Positions 1 through 14,853 of a DNA stretch of 64,000 nt are shown here, piece after piece. How positions within the stretch are numbered: the first letter of the stretch is position 1; each line of letters opens with the position of its first letter. The translations under genes were made by a program, and so were the position numbers. Below the pieces are notes generated by a model. The model had not been told where the DNA came from and did no database searches. It saw only the letters and a program-made list of their open reading frames with translations. This DNA comes from Paramecium tetraurelia (lineage: Eukaryota), in NCBI GenBank assembly GCA_000165425.1, contig CT867986.1, positions 372,001 through 436,000 on the forward strand, given 5' to 3'.

Positions 1-470
1 GTGGTTTCAGAATTTATCGTTAAGGAATAAAGAGGCTGGTGTCAATCCTTTAATTGTGTGGGATGCTTATATGGGAATTTATGAGTTTTTCGATTCAATT
101 CGGTATTTCAATAAACAAAAATGTAGTTGCTTAGTACATGCTCAATTAATTTTAAGTTTAATATTTTGTGCGCCTGTATTGCTAATAAATCATTATATAA
201 TCGTGTTCTTTGGCAATAGGACCATTCAGAATAAAATAAAGAAAATGCCTATATTTTATTATAATAATTCTATGGAAACTACGATGCCAGAATGTAATAA
301 TTGTCTGGTTGAGTAAGTTGAAAATGACAAAATAACTTAGTTACATTGTAGTAATATGTAAATCTATTGTTTAATATAGGCATCATTTCCACCTCCAATG
401 TCTATAAGCTTGGATGAGAATAAAATAATAATGTCCAATTTGTAGTAAAAGAATTTGGCAATATTTAACA
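1..470 (+). CDS. RING-H2 zinc-finger protein with upstream hydrophobic segment (5' partial; 3' end uncertain)
   Basis: Code-6 translation with the 22-nt intron gtaaatctattgtttaatatag removed gives ECNNCLVE...LHCSNMHHFHLQCLQAWMRIKQQCPICS, the C3H2C3 RING-H2 pattern. A hydrophobic stretch (LILSLIFCAPVLLI) lies upstream. Confidence 0.7.
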
Positions 471-1156
471 ACCTAATCTAAAAGTTGGAATTTATTATTT
501 TCTTATACTTCAATTTCCTAATAATATCTGTAATTTATGTCTTTATATAATTATTGCTCTAAAAAATTTGGCAGAATGCATATATCAATTTAAAAATATA
601 CTTTCTTAAAATTGCTATTAATAAAAATATTTAGAAAAAGGAATGGCATAATACAATTGTTTGTTGAAATTCAATTGGCTTCATTTGATTGAGTCTTCTT
701 AAGCAGTAACAGAGTTTATAATAACTACTCATTTCTCTAAATATTTTTACATAAGTTTATTATTATTCAAATTTTCCATTTTTTATTTTGAAGCAGAGGC
801 AATCTTTTATAATATTACCATAGCTTAAAAATAATATTGTTTTTGATGCATCTCATCAAGTCAAAGGTATTTTATACTCCACTCTGTGCTAGAAACATAA
901 GTGTCTTTATCTAACTTTGATAAAAGTTATTAAAAAATTCTCTATTGATATAGGGAATTTAGAGATATTCAATATTTCTTTGATTCATGTAGTTTCTCAA
1001 ATTTTCTAAAGTTAAACATTGTGCATCCTTTCATGAATCATTAGTCATATAACGCAATTTGATTTTATTTTACTATGTTTTATCACTCATAATATCCATT
1101 AAGTTTATTTATTCCTAATAAATTTATTGAAATTATTATTAATTATTAACTGTCAC

Positions 1157-1654
1157 ATGAAGTCGAGTGACTTGCTATAGTAATTTAATGATTTCAGAAG
1201 AAAGCTCAAAGCACAAATTTAATCAAATGAAATTACAAAAAGTCCAATAAAAAATTAAGTGAAAACTTAAACTTCCCCCTAAAAGCCTAATTCTGGAATT
1301 AAAACAAAAATTAATCTAACTTAGCATTAAAATAAAATATAAAATAGATGTAATACTATTTAGGCAGTTCCAAATAAAAATCAACTTAAATCCATCAATA
1401 AAAATCTCCAATTATAATGCATCACTCATGAAAAATTATTATCTAAATAGGAGAATGCATAGTCCTTTAAATGCTCTAATCCTTAAGGTAAAAAAGAAAG
1501 TATTGGCATTAATCTCTTAAATCAAGAATAATTGTATCAATTTTATTCTACATTTGAATAAATAACAGAGGATGAAGTTAAATAATTACCAAATGAATAC
1601 AAATAACTTTTAAAATAGTTGGCACAATTTGTAAATAAAAAGCTACCTTAATGA
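1157..1654 (+). CDS. hypothetical protein (165 aa)
   Basis: Uninterrupted ATG-TGA ORF in code 6 (MKSSDLLQQF...VNKKLPQ*). Confidence 0.6.
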
Positions 1655-1761
1655 AATTTAGGATCTTCCTCAAGATGAGAAGTTGTATTTACTGATAATA
1701 TAAAATATGTAACTCTATAATTTGCAAATTTTAAGTATAGTAAATGAAAATAAAATCAATG

Positions 1762-2211
1762 TCATTTTTCTTTGTTTTTGAAGTGAATTTAATTGATTAA
1801 TTATTTGAAGACCTCAAACTTTTCGCTAGACTAACATTTATGCTTTATTAAAACATTCATATTTTAAGGAGATTCTTATTATATTTTCTATGTGTTTTCC
1901 TTATTTTCTTCAAATTCATTAGATTTTCCATTAATACACATTTTCTCCCCATATTTTCCATTGATCATAAAATACTTAAGATTATTTTTAGTACCAGATT
2001 TAGCTATTTCAGAGTTACTGTCTTTCTTTGAAGATTATCTAGTTTTTATTTTTTAGTTGTTTAAAATAAAAGCTGAATTGAATTAAGGTAGAGTGTTTTG
2101 TTGATTTACAAGTGAGTTTCTTTAAAATGGTCTAACTTTTTAATTAGAATTTGAAACAATTGATTATTGAAGTAGTTTGTTTAGTTAATTTACCATTTCA
2201 TTAGAAGTCAT
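1762..2211 (-). CDS. hypothetical protein (149 aa)
   Basis: Uninterrupted code-6 ORF MTSNEMVNQL...FKNKEK*. Confidence 0.6.
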
Positions 2212-2692
2212 ATTTTTAAATTAATAAATTAATTTAAAATAAATCAAAATAGTTCATCTAAAAATCTCAATAATAAAGGATTGTGTTTTCCTAATAAGAA
2301 GTATTCCATAAAAAATATTTTCGCACCTACCTGAAAAATATTGATTTACTCGAATTAAAATATATATTAGATAACTTCTATATTATAGGAATAAATAATC
2401 TTAATGTACTAAATTAATGGTCATATTGTTTGACTTACTTAGATGAGTAATCAAAAGTTACGAAGAATAAGAATTAAATTAGATATCTTAGTTTTAAAAC
2501 CAAAACAATATAATATTTGTTTTCCTTAACCAGTTTTCTATTTTATAATATTATGGCCTTATCTAATGAAAGATAATAACAATGTTAAAATTTTCATATA
2601 CATTTTAAATGTGCAGAATTGGATTTTTATAAGTGAATAATAAACTAATAATTATAAAATATTTATTTTTATTCAAATATAATTAGCTGAGA

Positions 2693-4302
2693 ATGAGTTA
2701 TCAACTATATCCTAAGCCTTTCTAATTTTGTAAAATAATTAAATATTTTAGATTACTATCCTCCTTACATTCACTAACTTGGCCTTCCATTGATCAATCC
2801 TTATAATCTAAATAATTATCCTCAATAAATGAGCTCATTTTATTATTAACCCATCATAGGAAATTCATCAGACAATTGTATTGTGATAGAAGATGATAAT
2901 GTAAGTTAATAATTTAATATTATTTCTTAGATTTAACATCCACTGAACCCCAATCAATAATCAATAGTTTAAACATAAACCAATAGAGAACAGACAACTC
3001 AATAAGAGTAGTTGATGATTCTAGAATAACCATTTAAGAAGTAGATATAATAAAGTGACAAATTAAATGAAAATGAACCACACATTCGTATAAGTGTCTT
3101 CAAGCAGCATTCAAGCTAAATTGATGCTGAATATATCCTCTAATATGATAGGTAAGTTAATTAAATATCATTTAGAATCATGGGAAACGAATACAAAAAG
3201 GAAATAACAATAGGTAGAAGAAAATAATAAGATGACAAATCAGAGAATTGTGATATTTGTAATTGTTTCAAATAATAACTCTAGATTTGCCTCATGGAGA
3301 TAAGAATGTTGAAAAGCTTCACTGTAAATTGTTGACAGAAAAAGGATTTTCTTATTCAAATCTTCTAACAAAATCAGTTCTTCTATTCTTCTCATTATTC
3401 AGATCAAGCAAACCAATTATAAAATTACCTTTTTCAATTAGAAAACATATCTATTCATTTATTAAGTAATAATATTCATATTTTTAGAGAAAAGCCATAA
3501 TTTTATTTAACAGATAATGCAACTAAGGTTGGAACATTTATGAAAATTAAAAAGGACAATCTAAAACTAATGTAACTACACAATACATATCTGATCGGGG
3601 CTGACACATATTTCCATGTTATGGAAATCAAATCAAAACCTTCATAGATCAAATAAAAAAGAAACAAAGATTTAAATTAGTTTTATAAATCTCTTGCAAA
3701 AGAACAAGTAAGAAAAGGTGCTAAGATTCATGGGCTAACATTATAGGAAAGCGAGTAATTCAATATAGTGCTAAATGAATTCAGAACAAATAATTAAAGA
3801 CAAAGAACTTTACAAAAATTGAATCAATATGATAGACCCTATTTAAAATTTTCATTTAATAGTGCTTCTGTCAATTAAATTTAATCTCACATATTCATAG
3901 CAAATTATGATTAAGAGTCTGTTTTTAAAATTGGGAGATCCTAAGAATGTGATGTCATAGTTAATATCAATACTGTCTCTAGGAGATAAGCATAAATAAT
4001 ATATAAAAATAATGAGTATTAATTTACATATATATATAAATTAGATGGTTCATCCATGATGGAGAAGGTATCAGAGAATCAGCAAATGGCACTTGGCAGT
4101 CATTGCAAAATTATTCCACGAGAAATCAAGATAAAAAAATATAGAGCAAACCCAGCCTAATTGAAGATTAAATGGAAGTTAAAATAAGTGAGAATATTAT
4201 TAAATTTGATTTTGTAAACTTTGGTGTTACTAAAAAGTAATTATTTACATTAATTTTAGACGAAAACTTAATTAAGCATTAATACAGGACTTACTTTAGT
4301 GA
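2693..4302 (+). CDS. protein with two FHA domains
   Basis: FHA-like motifs ITIGRR...DIYLP...HCKL...FYLTDN..VGTF and FKIGRSQECDV...VSRRQAQI...WFIHD...SANGTW. Several tiny GT-AG introns. Confidence 0.75.
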
Positions 4303-4476
4303 TTAAATTTATGTATCTAAAATCAATACAATTTTCTGTTAAATCAATTTTATCAAATATCCATTTATTGAATCCAATATATAATTCATAGTATCATTGC
4401 ATTTGAAATAAAATCATCTTGAGATTAAAATATACCTAGCGATTATATATAAGATATATGTAAAATTATATATAAA

Positions 4477-6388
<1,912 letters not shown>

Positions 6389-6534
6389 TTACAATAATAA
6401 TTTCAATTCAATCAATAAATTAATTTATAATCACGAAACCAGATTCTGTAAAGTAACAACATTTGCTTTTATTTTTGACAATAATATCAATATTTTAGAT
6501 GAGCACTATAAAATATATTTTAATATTAAATTTA

Positions 6535-7509
6535 ATGTAATTTTAGAAGCAGTTACTAAAGTAATTATTACTATCTATTTCCAATTTAGAAATACTCTCG
6601 AAGAACAACAGCAATTCAGATAATAGTAACAGTTTGATCAAAAAAGGAGAGCAATAGAATAGGAGTAATAATTGCTGCAAGAATCAGCAAAGGCTTTGGA
6701 GCATGATGAACTCCAGCGAAAATAAATATAAAGGATAAAATAAAGAGAATTAAGTGAAGCCTACGAATAAAGCATAAACTAAAAAAAATAAAATCAAAAC
6801 ATCATCAAATAAAAATAAATTTAAGATGAATACAACCTTGTTTCACAGGCCTAACAATATTAGGAAATGCAGAAATAATAGAAAATGCTCTAATAATATT
6901 AAATGAAATAGATAGCCTAAGCTTCTATGGATGATAAAATGAGAAAAATTATGTAATAAAAAGAGTAGTAAGAATAAGAAAAAATTAAGGAATAATTAAA
7001 TTAAAGAGATGAAGAAAATAGAATATCAGAGAAGCAGAAGTAATATAGAGATGTAATTCTTAAAATTTAATGTAGTATTATAGACAAGTAGCAGAACATT
7101 AGGATAGAATGCAAAAAAACTTTGCAGAAAAGATTGGCAGTGATAAATAATTCTAAATTGATAACATGATTAATAGAGGAATTGAAAATGTATAATACAA
7201 AGAAGATATGGAAGCCCAGTAAAAAAAACAAAGTTAAATATATAATAAATAAATGATGAGAGATTCATTACAAAAACAAATCTTTGAAAAAGAGCAAAGC
7301 ACTAAAAATTAGAATGGTTCTCAAATTATGAGCAATGGGGTATTCATTTTATATTAAATATTTAGTTTAGAAGCACTGAAAACAATTAAATTGATCCTTC
7401 AGTACACAACCCTCTCTTGAATCCGATACCAGGATACAATCAAAATCCGTATTTAAATTAAAGAAGTTAGTTAGGCACCTATGGCAATCAAGTACTTAAG
7501 ATGTATTGA
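6535..7509 (+). CDS. hypothetical Q/E/K-rich coiled-coil protein
   Basis: Code-6 ORF with tiny introns and coiled-coil composition. The C-terminus contains HNPLLNPIPGYNQNPYL. Confidence 0.65.
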
Positions 7510-7527
7510 ATTATTTTATAAATACAA

Positions 7528-8176
7528 TCAATAATATATTTTTTATGCAAAAAATTTCCTTAAAGAGTAAATTTGAAATACTCCTGCACCAATTATGACA
7601 ACTATTTGAATTAAGGTGGCATTGAACACATTATCATTAATTTTAATATTTTCTATGCTTAATTTATCTTCGTTTTCTCTGTTCATTAATTATAGTTTAA
7701 TAAAATCATCCTCTTATTTTTGGAGTGATTTAATTTTTTGCTTCAATCCTGTAATCTTAAAGTAATACTCTAATAAATACTTGACTCTCTTTTGCAGCAG
7801 ATTAGAATTCTTAATTCTCTCCTTGCTTTATTCTTAAGAAATATAATGGCTATTTTTTATCTCCAAACCAACCTTTAGTATTTGACATTTTCAAACAAAC
7901 TTGGAATCTTCCTTATTTTTTTGTTGTAAATGTAAATTTGCCTTCTTCACTATTAGTCATTTTTGTTAAAATCACTTAATTATCTGGATCAAGAACACTC
8001 AATTCAACTCCTCCTCCATTAGGTTAAACTTTATCCAGTAATTAATGGGCACCAATTACAACTGTGTTTGCAGTATATTCATCTAAAAAGCACCTTTACT
8101 TTCCTTCTGTGAGATAAAATGTGAGAGCATTACTGCACGTGGCAAAAATAACTAGAATATAAAAATATTTTTGCAT
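7528..8176 (-). CDS. p24/emp24/gp25L (GOLD domain) cargo receptor
   Basis: Signal peptide, then LTFYLTEGKQRCF and a second GOLD cysteine (FQVC), a coiled coil, a C-terminal TM helix and an RKFF cytosolic tail. Confidence 0.88.
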
Positions 8177-8751
8177 TAAAAATATTAATGAAAATTAGTA
8201 TTCAAAAACGATAATCAAAATTTAGAATCGTGTTTTATGTCAAATCTCTATAATCAAATGTTAGATATTGAATTGTAAAATGGTAATATATATACTTTAG
8301 TATTCAATTTAAGCTCTATTCTTAACCTTCTATCAGTTTATTAGAGATCTAGATTAAGACAATAATAAGTTTGGTTAATATATCGATGACAATTAAGATA
8401 AATCAAAGAGATTAAATTTGCGAAAATCAAATATTATTTTGTTTTTAATACCAAAAACTGAAATCAATTAATACTTATCTATTAGTTTGTCTATAACTCC
8501 TAAAATTAAGAGAAATCATTTAGCATGATTTCCAATTTAATTTGATTGATAGTTTTTCAAAAGAATTTTAGTTTAATAGATCTATTTTCAAAATTTAACA
8601 AACTTATCTTCATATTTAATTAAGATCAACTAGTATCCTTATTGTGAACATTAAAATGAGATACCCTTTGATAACCTGAAAGTAGAGGAGTAAGTTAATG
8701 AATATAAAATATGATACAAAATAATAAAATATTTATATATATTATAAATTA

Positions 8752-10453
8752 ATGGCTGATTAAGAAGATTAATAAAAAGTACAGTAATAAGAAGAGGAAG
8801 AAAATGTCGATTAATATTCATATTCAGAAGGAGATCAATACGAATCAGATTCTGATAATCTCAAATTTGATATAGCAAAACCAGAGAAGAATCCTTTTAG
8901 ACCAATAGGAATAGATTTTCAAAAAATTTAATAAATAGCACATTTAGCTCCAAATTCAAAAGAGATTTAATAAGAGGAAGAGAATCGAAAGAAGATCGAG
9001 GCTTATCAATTGTATTAATAAAAAGTCTAGGATGCAGAGCAGAATTAAAAGGAGTTAGAAAAATAGATAGAAGAAAAATTAAATTAACAAAAGGATGAGG
9101 AACTTTAAAATTTACAAAAATAACCAATAGAATTATAAATTAATAAAGGAGGATAACTTGTAAATGCAGATGAGATCTAGAAAATAATATATCCTTGGTA
9201 AGTATTATTTGATGATACATGGAAAAAGAATTATTATTATAATCCTGTAACAAAAGAAAGTGTTTGGGAGCTGCCATTAGACATAGTATAGAAATTGTCA
9301 GATTATAGAAGATAATTTGAGCATAGATTGTATGATTATTAGGAGAGGAACTTTTTTAAGTTTTTGCCAAAATAATACGTAGCAAGATAAAGAGAGTAGT
9401 TATTTTAGAAAAGATAGAAAGTGATGTTAAGACCAGCTAGAAAGTAGGTTGAAGAATCATTGGCAACAAAATTCGGATATAAACAAGGAGATGAGGAATA
9501 CAATACATGGTTTGATAGATTTTTGAGTGATGGAAACAAATATAAAGAGAAAGACCCAGCATTGACTAGAATGCACCCTGATATTGACAGTGGTTACACC
9601 AAAGCAGACTTATATGAGAAATTTAGTACTTACTTTTGTATTTTTTTTGCTCGTGGTTGTTGTGCTGAAGGTGTTAACTGTAGGTATTATCACAGAATTC
9701 CAACAATGGATGAATGCGAACAAATAGATAACAGTAAAGATGTCTTTGGTAGAACTAGATTTGCTAATCACAGAGAGGATATGAAAGGGTAAAAATTTAT
9801 TATCTATGACATATTATAGTATAGGTTGTTTCACCAGTGACACCAGAGCTATATATATTACTCATTATAAAATGCCTAAGGCTGATACTAGTACTCAAGC
9901 ATTAGCCTTAATGTATGATACTTTATGGAGACATTTCAGCCCTTTGGGAGACATCGATGATTTAAATGTTATACCTGCCAAGGGTGTCTCATTTATAAGG
10001 TATTTTAATAGATATATTATTAACGTAGATATAAGCATAGATGCTAAGCTGAATTCGCTAAAGAAGCCATGGATTCACAAGCCTTGGATTAACAAGAGTG
10101 TATAATGTGCAAATGGGCTTACGAAGATCCAAATCCCAAGGCCATGTCTAGAGAATTCGAGGAGGAGAAACTTAAATTAGTTAATGCTGTTAAAGATAAA
10201 GAGAAGTAATTCCTGATTTGGATTTATTAGAAAAGAATAGCAAAATAATTCACAGTTTAGATAGAAAATTGAGGGCTAATAAATTCGAGAAAGATCCTAA
10301 GATGATAGGAAAGGCAAAAGAGGAGGAGACAGAGGAGGTAAAGGAGGTGATAGAGGAAATAGAGGAGGTGATAGAGGAAATAGAAGAGGTGGGCCTCGTG
10401 GTAGAGGAGATAATAGAGGAAGGGGTGGTAGTCGATTATTTGATGATGATTGA
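8752..10453 (+). CDS. CWC2: pre-mRNA splicing factor Cwc2 (Torus/CCCH zinc finger + RRM) with N-terminal WW domain and RGG tail
   Basis: RPARKQ, YNTW, DSGYTKAD, FCIFFARGCCAEGVNCRYYHRIP, DVFGRTRF, AEFAKEAM and KWAYEDPNP are characteristic Cwc2 motifs. Confidence 0.9.
10320..10435 (+). repeat. RGG/RG-coding low-complexity repeat with a 21-nt tandem duplication
   Basis: Two adjacent copies of gaggtgatagaggaaatagag-like units. Translates RGGDRGGKGGDRGNRGGDRGNRRGGPRGRG. Confidence 0.8.
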
Positions 10454-10492
10454 TAATTTACATCATTTTATATTACATAATTATTTTATAAT

Positions 10493-11100
10493 ATGGGAAG
10501 TGCTTAATGTTGTAAAAAAAATGTTTAGGATGAGGGTGTCTAAGAATTGGTTATCCTTGAAGATCCGAATTAATAGACTGCAAAATTATCAGAGTACCAA
10601 AATTTAATTAATTTCTGCTTAGTCTTTAGTAAGAAAAACATAGCTACAAAAAAACTGAAGAGTGTGGAACTCCTGCTTTTCCGGAACTTCGATCTCAATA
10701 GAGTAAAAGATCAGAACAATGTTAATCCTTAAAAGAAATTTAATTTGTTGGATAAGTGGACAGAGATGAACAAATTCTAAAATCAACTTGCACTTTAGGC
10801 AGAAAAAAATAAAAAAATGATTCTCCAATAGTTGCATTTGAAGCTAAAAACTCTTTAAAATCTTTTGATTCTAATCGGCTTAAAAAATTACAATCTGTTC
10901 CCGAGAAATAGTTGAATCTGAAAAATATATCATCACCTAGAGATGAAGATTCATTTATGTAGGATAGTTAAAGATGTGGGTAACCTGATGAAAAATCTGC
11001 CAAAAGTATTTTAAAATAGGAGATGAAGTATAGTAGATTTAGAAATTAGTAAAATTAGGGCGATAGCACTTTTAGAAAGGTGTAATTTAATTTGGAATGA
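10493..11100 (+). CDS. small putatively N-acylated protein (MGSAQCC) with C-terminal SILK + RVxF motifs
   Basis: One 29-nt intron; 192 aa; ends KSILKQEMKYSRFRNQQNQGDSTFRKVQFNLE*. Confidence 0.75.
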
Positions 11101-11156
11101 TTATAGTATATTATTTTATAGTTTTTGTATTTCTTAATCATAAATTAATTTATATA

Positions 11157-12084
11157 ATGAGTGGTGGTTTAACCTACTTCAAGGAAGATTTTCCTGTCTA
11201 TTCTGATTTGATATCGACTATTAATGATCAATTGCAATCTATTGATAATCTGCATGTTATCACATGTACAACTGAAAATAAAAACAACATTGCTTAATAT
11301 TTAAGAGCGAAAAATGCTACAATGGCTAAATACTTGATTCATTTAAATATGTACCTATTACATAAACTCAATTATGGAAATCTAGAGGAGTTTCCTGTTG
11401 ATTAGTTAATAGAAGATAAAATTTTAATACAGAAAATAATTCAAGCTTAAAAAAAATTATAATATTCCATTGATAAATTATCAAAGTATTAAGAAACTTA
11501 GATAAATGAGGACGATTAAGTTGTGGATTAAGTTGAAAAATTAACTTTAAAACCTAGAATAGAGAATCTTCATAAAGATGAAACTAATGATAAAATCAAT
11601 AATCCAAATTAAAAGTATGTGCCACCAAAACTTGCAGCCACACTTTCAAAAAGTGATTTAAATAAGTAAAAGCAAGAGAGAAGGGAGGAACTTAGAAAAA
11701 CACAACGAAAAGCTAATTTAATTAAGAGTATTTTGGATGAATAAGAAGTATCAATATATGCTATCAATTAATTAGACTGATAAACCAAAAGAAATGACAG
11801 AAAGAGACTTATAATAATTATATTATGGAAGGGCTGAAGATGAAAAGTAAATGGAAAAGAGAAAATATGAAGAAGATCATATGACAAGATTGCCAACGAC
11901 AAGGGATGAGAAACGAAGGGAAAGAATTGCTGAAAGAAAAGCCAATGTGACAAGACTGGATGACTTCTAAGAATTTGAGACCATAAATAAAGTGCTCAAT
12001 AAAGGAACAAAGAAGATAAAGAAACCACAAGGATCCAAACTTAAAGGAAGCATGAAAAAAATTGTAAAAAGAAAAAGAAGATGA
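11157..12084 (+). CDS. NGDN: neuroguidin/Lcp5-like SSU processome protein (Sas10/Utp3/C1D domain)
   Basis: YLRAKN..M..Y, LIEDKILIQKI...KKLQYSIDKL, LKPR and KYVPPKL, plus a basic C-terminus. Confidence 0.75.
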
Positions 12085-12116
12085 ATTATTGTTTATTATT
12101 TTAATTATATTTTTTC

Positions 12117-12984
12117 ATGACTACAGCACATAGGCCAACATACAGACCTGCTATAGGTGGTAGTGAATAAGGGGGAAATAAAATGCTTGTTCATTCAAGA
12201 TCCTATCATTCAAAAGACTTGCCTGCTTATTTGATATTGAAAATGAGGAAACCTGGATAGGGTACATAGGAAGAATTGGAATAGAAGGATTTTAAGATGG
12301 ACTTATTAAAAAGAGAGGAAGAAGGAAAAAGATAAAGGGAGTTAAAGGCTTTGGGAGTCTCTGAAACTTCATTAGCCATAGAAGCAACATAAAAAAGTAG
12401 AAACTTTTTTAAATTATTAATTAGATTAAAATAAAGATGTTCAAGAACCCCAAATATTGAAAAAGACTAAAGTGGAAGAAAAGGAAATTTATCCTTAGGA
12501 TGCTGATGATAAGGAATTTATTAAATCTTCAGATGATGAAGAAGAAAATGTATAAAAACCTGAAAAACCTACTGTGTAATAATAAGAATTGAAAATCGAA
12601 GAAGATTCATCATCCTCCTCTAGCGATGAAGAAGATGATGATGAATTATTAATGAGAGAGTATCAAAAAATTAAAGAACAAAGGGAGATTGAAGAAAAAA
12701 AAAAAGTAATAAAAATAGATTTATATTATAGATTTTAGAGAAGTAAGAGTATTTGGAAAAGAATAGAGAAGAAGAGATTATTAAAGGAAACCCTTTGTTA
12801 GTTAGTGAGGATTATTCTCTTAAGAAAAAGTATATTTTCATAAATTATCCATTTTAGATGGTATGAAGATACTATCTTCAAAAATCAATCGAGACTTGAA
12901 GTAAAAGAAAAATAAAGATTTATTAATGATGCTGTTAGAAGTGATTTTCATAGGAAATTCTTAAATAGATATATCTAAATGTGA
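12117..12984 (+). CDS. CWC15: pre-mRNA splicing factor Cwc15
   Basis: MTTAHRPT, SKDLPA..LKMR..GQG, GNPLL, WYEDTIFKNQ and FINDAVRSDFHRKFL..YI. Confidence 0.95.
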
Positions 12985-13018
12985 TTATTTATTTATTCTA
13001 AATTAATTATAAATTAAT

Positions 13019-13790
13019 ATGAGTACAAGAGAGCAAAAGTCATTTAATATGAATAATTAGCAAAAGCTAGCTATGTAACCGTTATGAAAGCATGAGTTGT
13101 ATTGATTAACCAAATAAACAATTGAATTCTCGTTTTTAGATTTCTATATTTAGCTTAAGTTATATTTTGGAAACATAATAATTTTAATCAACAATTGATA
13201 TTACTTTATCAGATGGAGATATTTAAAAGGTAGTAAGAAATAAGATACAATTCGAATCATTAAACATGGTTAAAAATATATTGATATTATTGCAATAATA
13301 ATGGAAGGTAATGATGAAATTAATACCAAAAGAAAAAGAGAAAATTATCAAGATGAAATATTAGATAACTTCAAAATAAATTAGTAGAAAAAAAAGCAAA
13401 TTAGAGAGAAAGATTATCAAGAAAATGATGAAGAAATTATTACAAACATAAATTTATATATAAGAAGGATAGCAGAATAGTAGAATGTCTACACAAATAT
13501 AAAAATTAAAGAAATGGAAGATTTGTTAATTTTTTAAGTGTTAACAACAGTATATTTAAGTTTATTTTATATAATAAATATGATATTCAGAACTTAAACC
13601 AAATTTATGAGAGCATCTTAATAAAGGTATAAATTTATTTAATTTATAGGAAATGGGCTAAAATTCAATTTTAGTACAATAAATTAATTCTCAAATAGCA
13701 TTTATATTAGATGACCTCAAAGGTAAAGATGTAACTGTATTATATCGAATTATTGATATTTACTGCTCAAAATATATTTTTAGATGTTTA
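13019..13790 (+). CDS. hypothetical protein or decayed gene; exon structure unresolved
   Basis: Coding-like K/E-rich stretch and two intron-like segments near 13560-13650, but I could not find a clean single frame from the ATG. Confidence 0.3.
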
Positions 13791-13839
13791 GTTTTCATAA
13801 TTAAATATACCAAATTTTATTAATTTTTTAATAATTAAA

Positions 13840-14133
13840 ATGAAGTTTGAAGAAATCATTAGAAAATATGTCAGTCCAATCAAAAGATTCGATCATGTTC
13901 TTCCAAATAATTATTCAGCCTAAGATATATATAATTACTATGAAGAATTGGTAATTCATTTAGTGAAATAGGCTAAATTTAATGAAATTGAATCATTTAC
14001 AAAAATCAGATTTACAAGAAAGTTTGCAGAAGTTGCATAAACATAAGACCAAATGGATTGGTTGAATGATAGAGCCAAGGAGATTTCTAATGTGGCCATG
14101 AGTTTGTTCAAACTTAGATTTCCTTAATTATGA
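13840..14133 (+). CDS. small hypothetical protein (~90 aa)
   Basis: MKFEEIIRKYVSPIKRFDH..., one 21-nt intron, ends KLRFPQL*. Confidence 0.7.
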
Positions 14134-14181
14134 GAAATAGAAGATATTAAAAAATAAAAACAATATATTTCTTAAATTGAG

Positions 14182-14853
14182 TCATTATACTTTTGAGAAT
14201 TACCCTTTAGATATTTCTATTAGATAAGGATATTGAAGTTTAGAATTCAAAATTTCTTATGCCCATTATAATAATTTCTTTAGTAATGTTATTTTTGCTT
14301 GCTTCATTTCCTTATAAGTCTTAAAATAATTATTAATTGACTTCGCTTGCTACTTTAATTCTTTAGGAATTTTATGTTAAATGACTAAAAGGACATTTAC
14401 TAATGTCTTTGTATGCCAATAAGGACATAACTTTTTCAATTTCATTAATAAGGTGAGGCTTCATAAAATTAATTTATACTTATCTTTTAAGAACCCTATA
14501 ATATACTTTTGAGCATATATTACAGCCTAATCTAACTCATTTGTTTTGATAAGTTCAATTAGCTTTTGCATTTTCAATTGAAAATAATTTATTTGTTATT
14601 GCTATTAGAAACCTTTTCAAGCCAAATCAATATCACCATTTAAAATATATTTCTTAATCTCTATCCTCTCAATCATTTTATCTAGTTCTTTGTTAGAAAC
14701 TGTACGATAACAAATTTTAAATCATACATTATATTCCAGCCTTTTTGGAAAATTCAATTGCAGCATCTCTATATCCTTAAAAATGCAGAAATTGAGAACA
14801 AATTCATTCATTTTCTCTTTTGAAATCAGAATATTATTTGATTATGATGCCAT
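14182..14853 (-). CDS. GID8: LisH-CTLH-CRA protein (GID8/TWA1-like)
   Basis: LisH (MNEFVLNF...GYRDAAIEF), CTLH (RIEIKKYILNGDI..LFQLKMQKLIEL) and CRA (VASEVNQ..L...WAQ..L...YP). Confidence 0.8.

Noticed and set aside
8180..8750. Long intergenic gap as a possible snoRNA/ncRNA locus
   Set aside because: No convincing C/D or H/ACA boxes or stems seen by eye; an Infernal/Rfam scan would be needed.
10218..10607. Track ORF with EEIEEV acidic repeats
   Set aside because: Alternative frame of the Cwc2 RGG tail.
13019..13110. Early in-frame TGA as a possible selenocysteine codon
   Set aside because: No redox motif or SECIS-like hairpin was recognised; unresolved splicing or decay is more likely.
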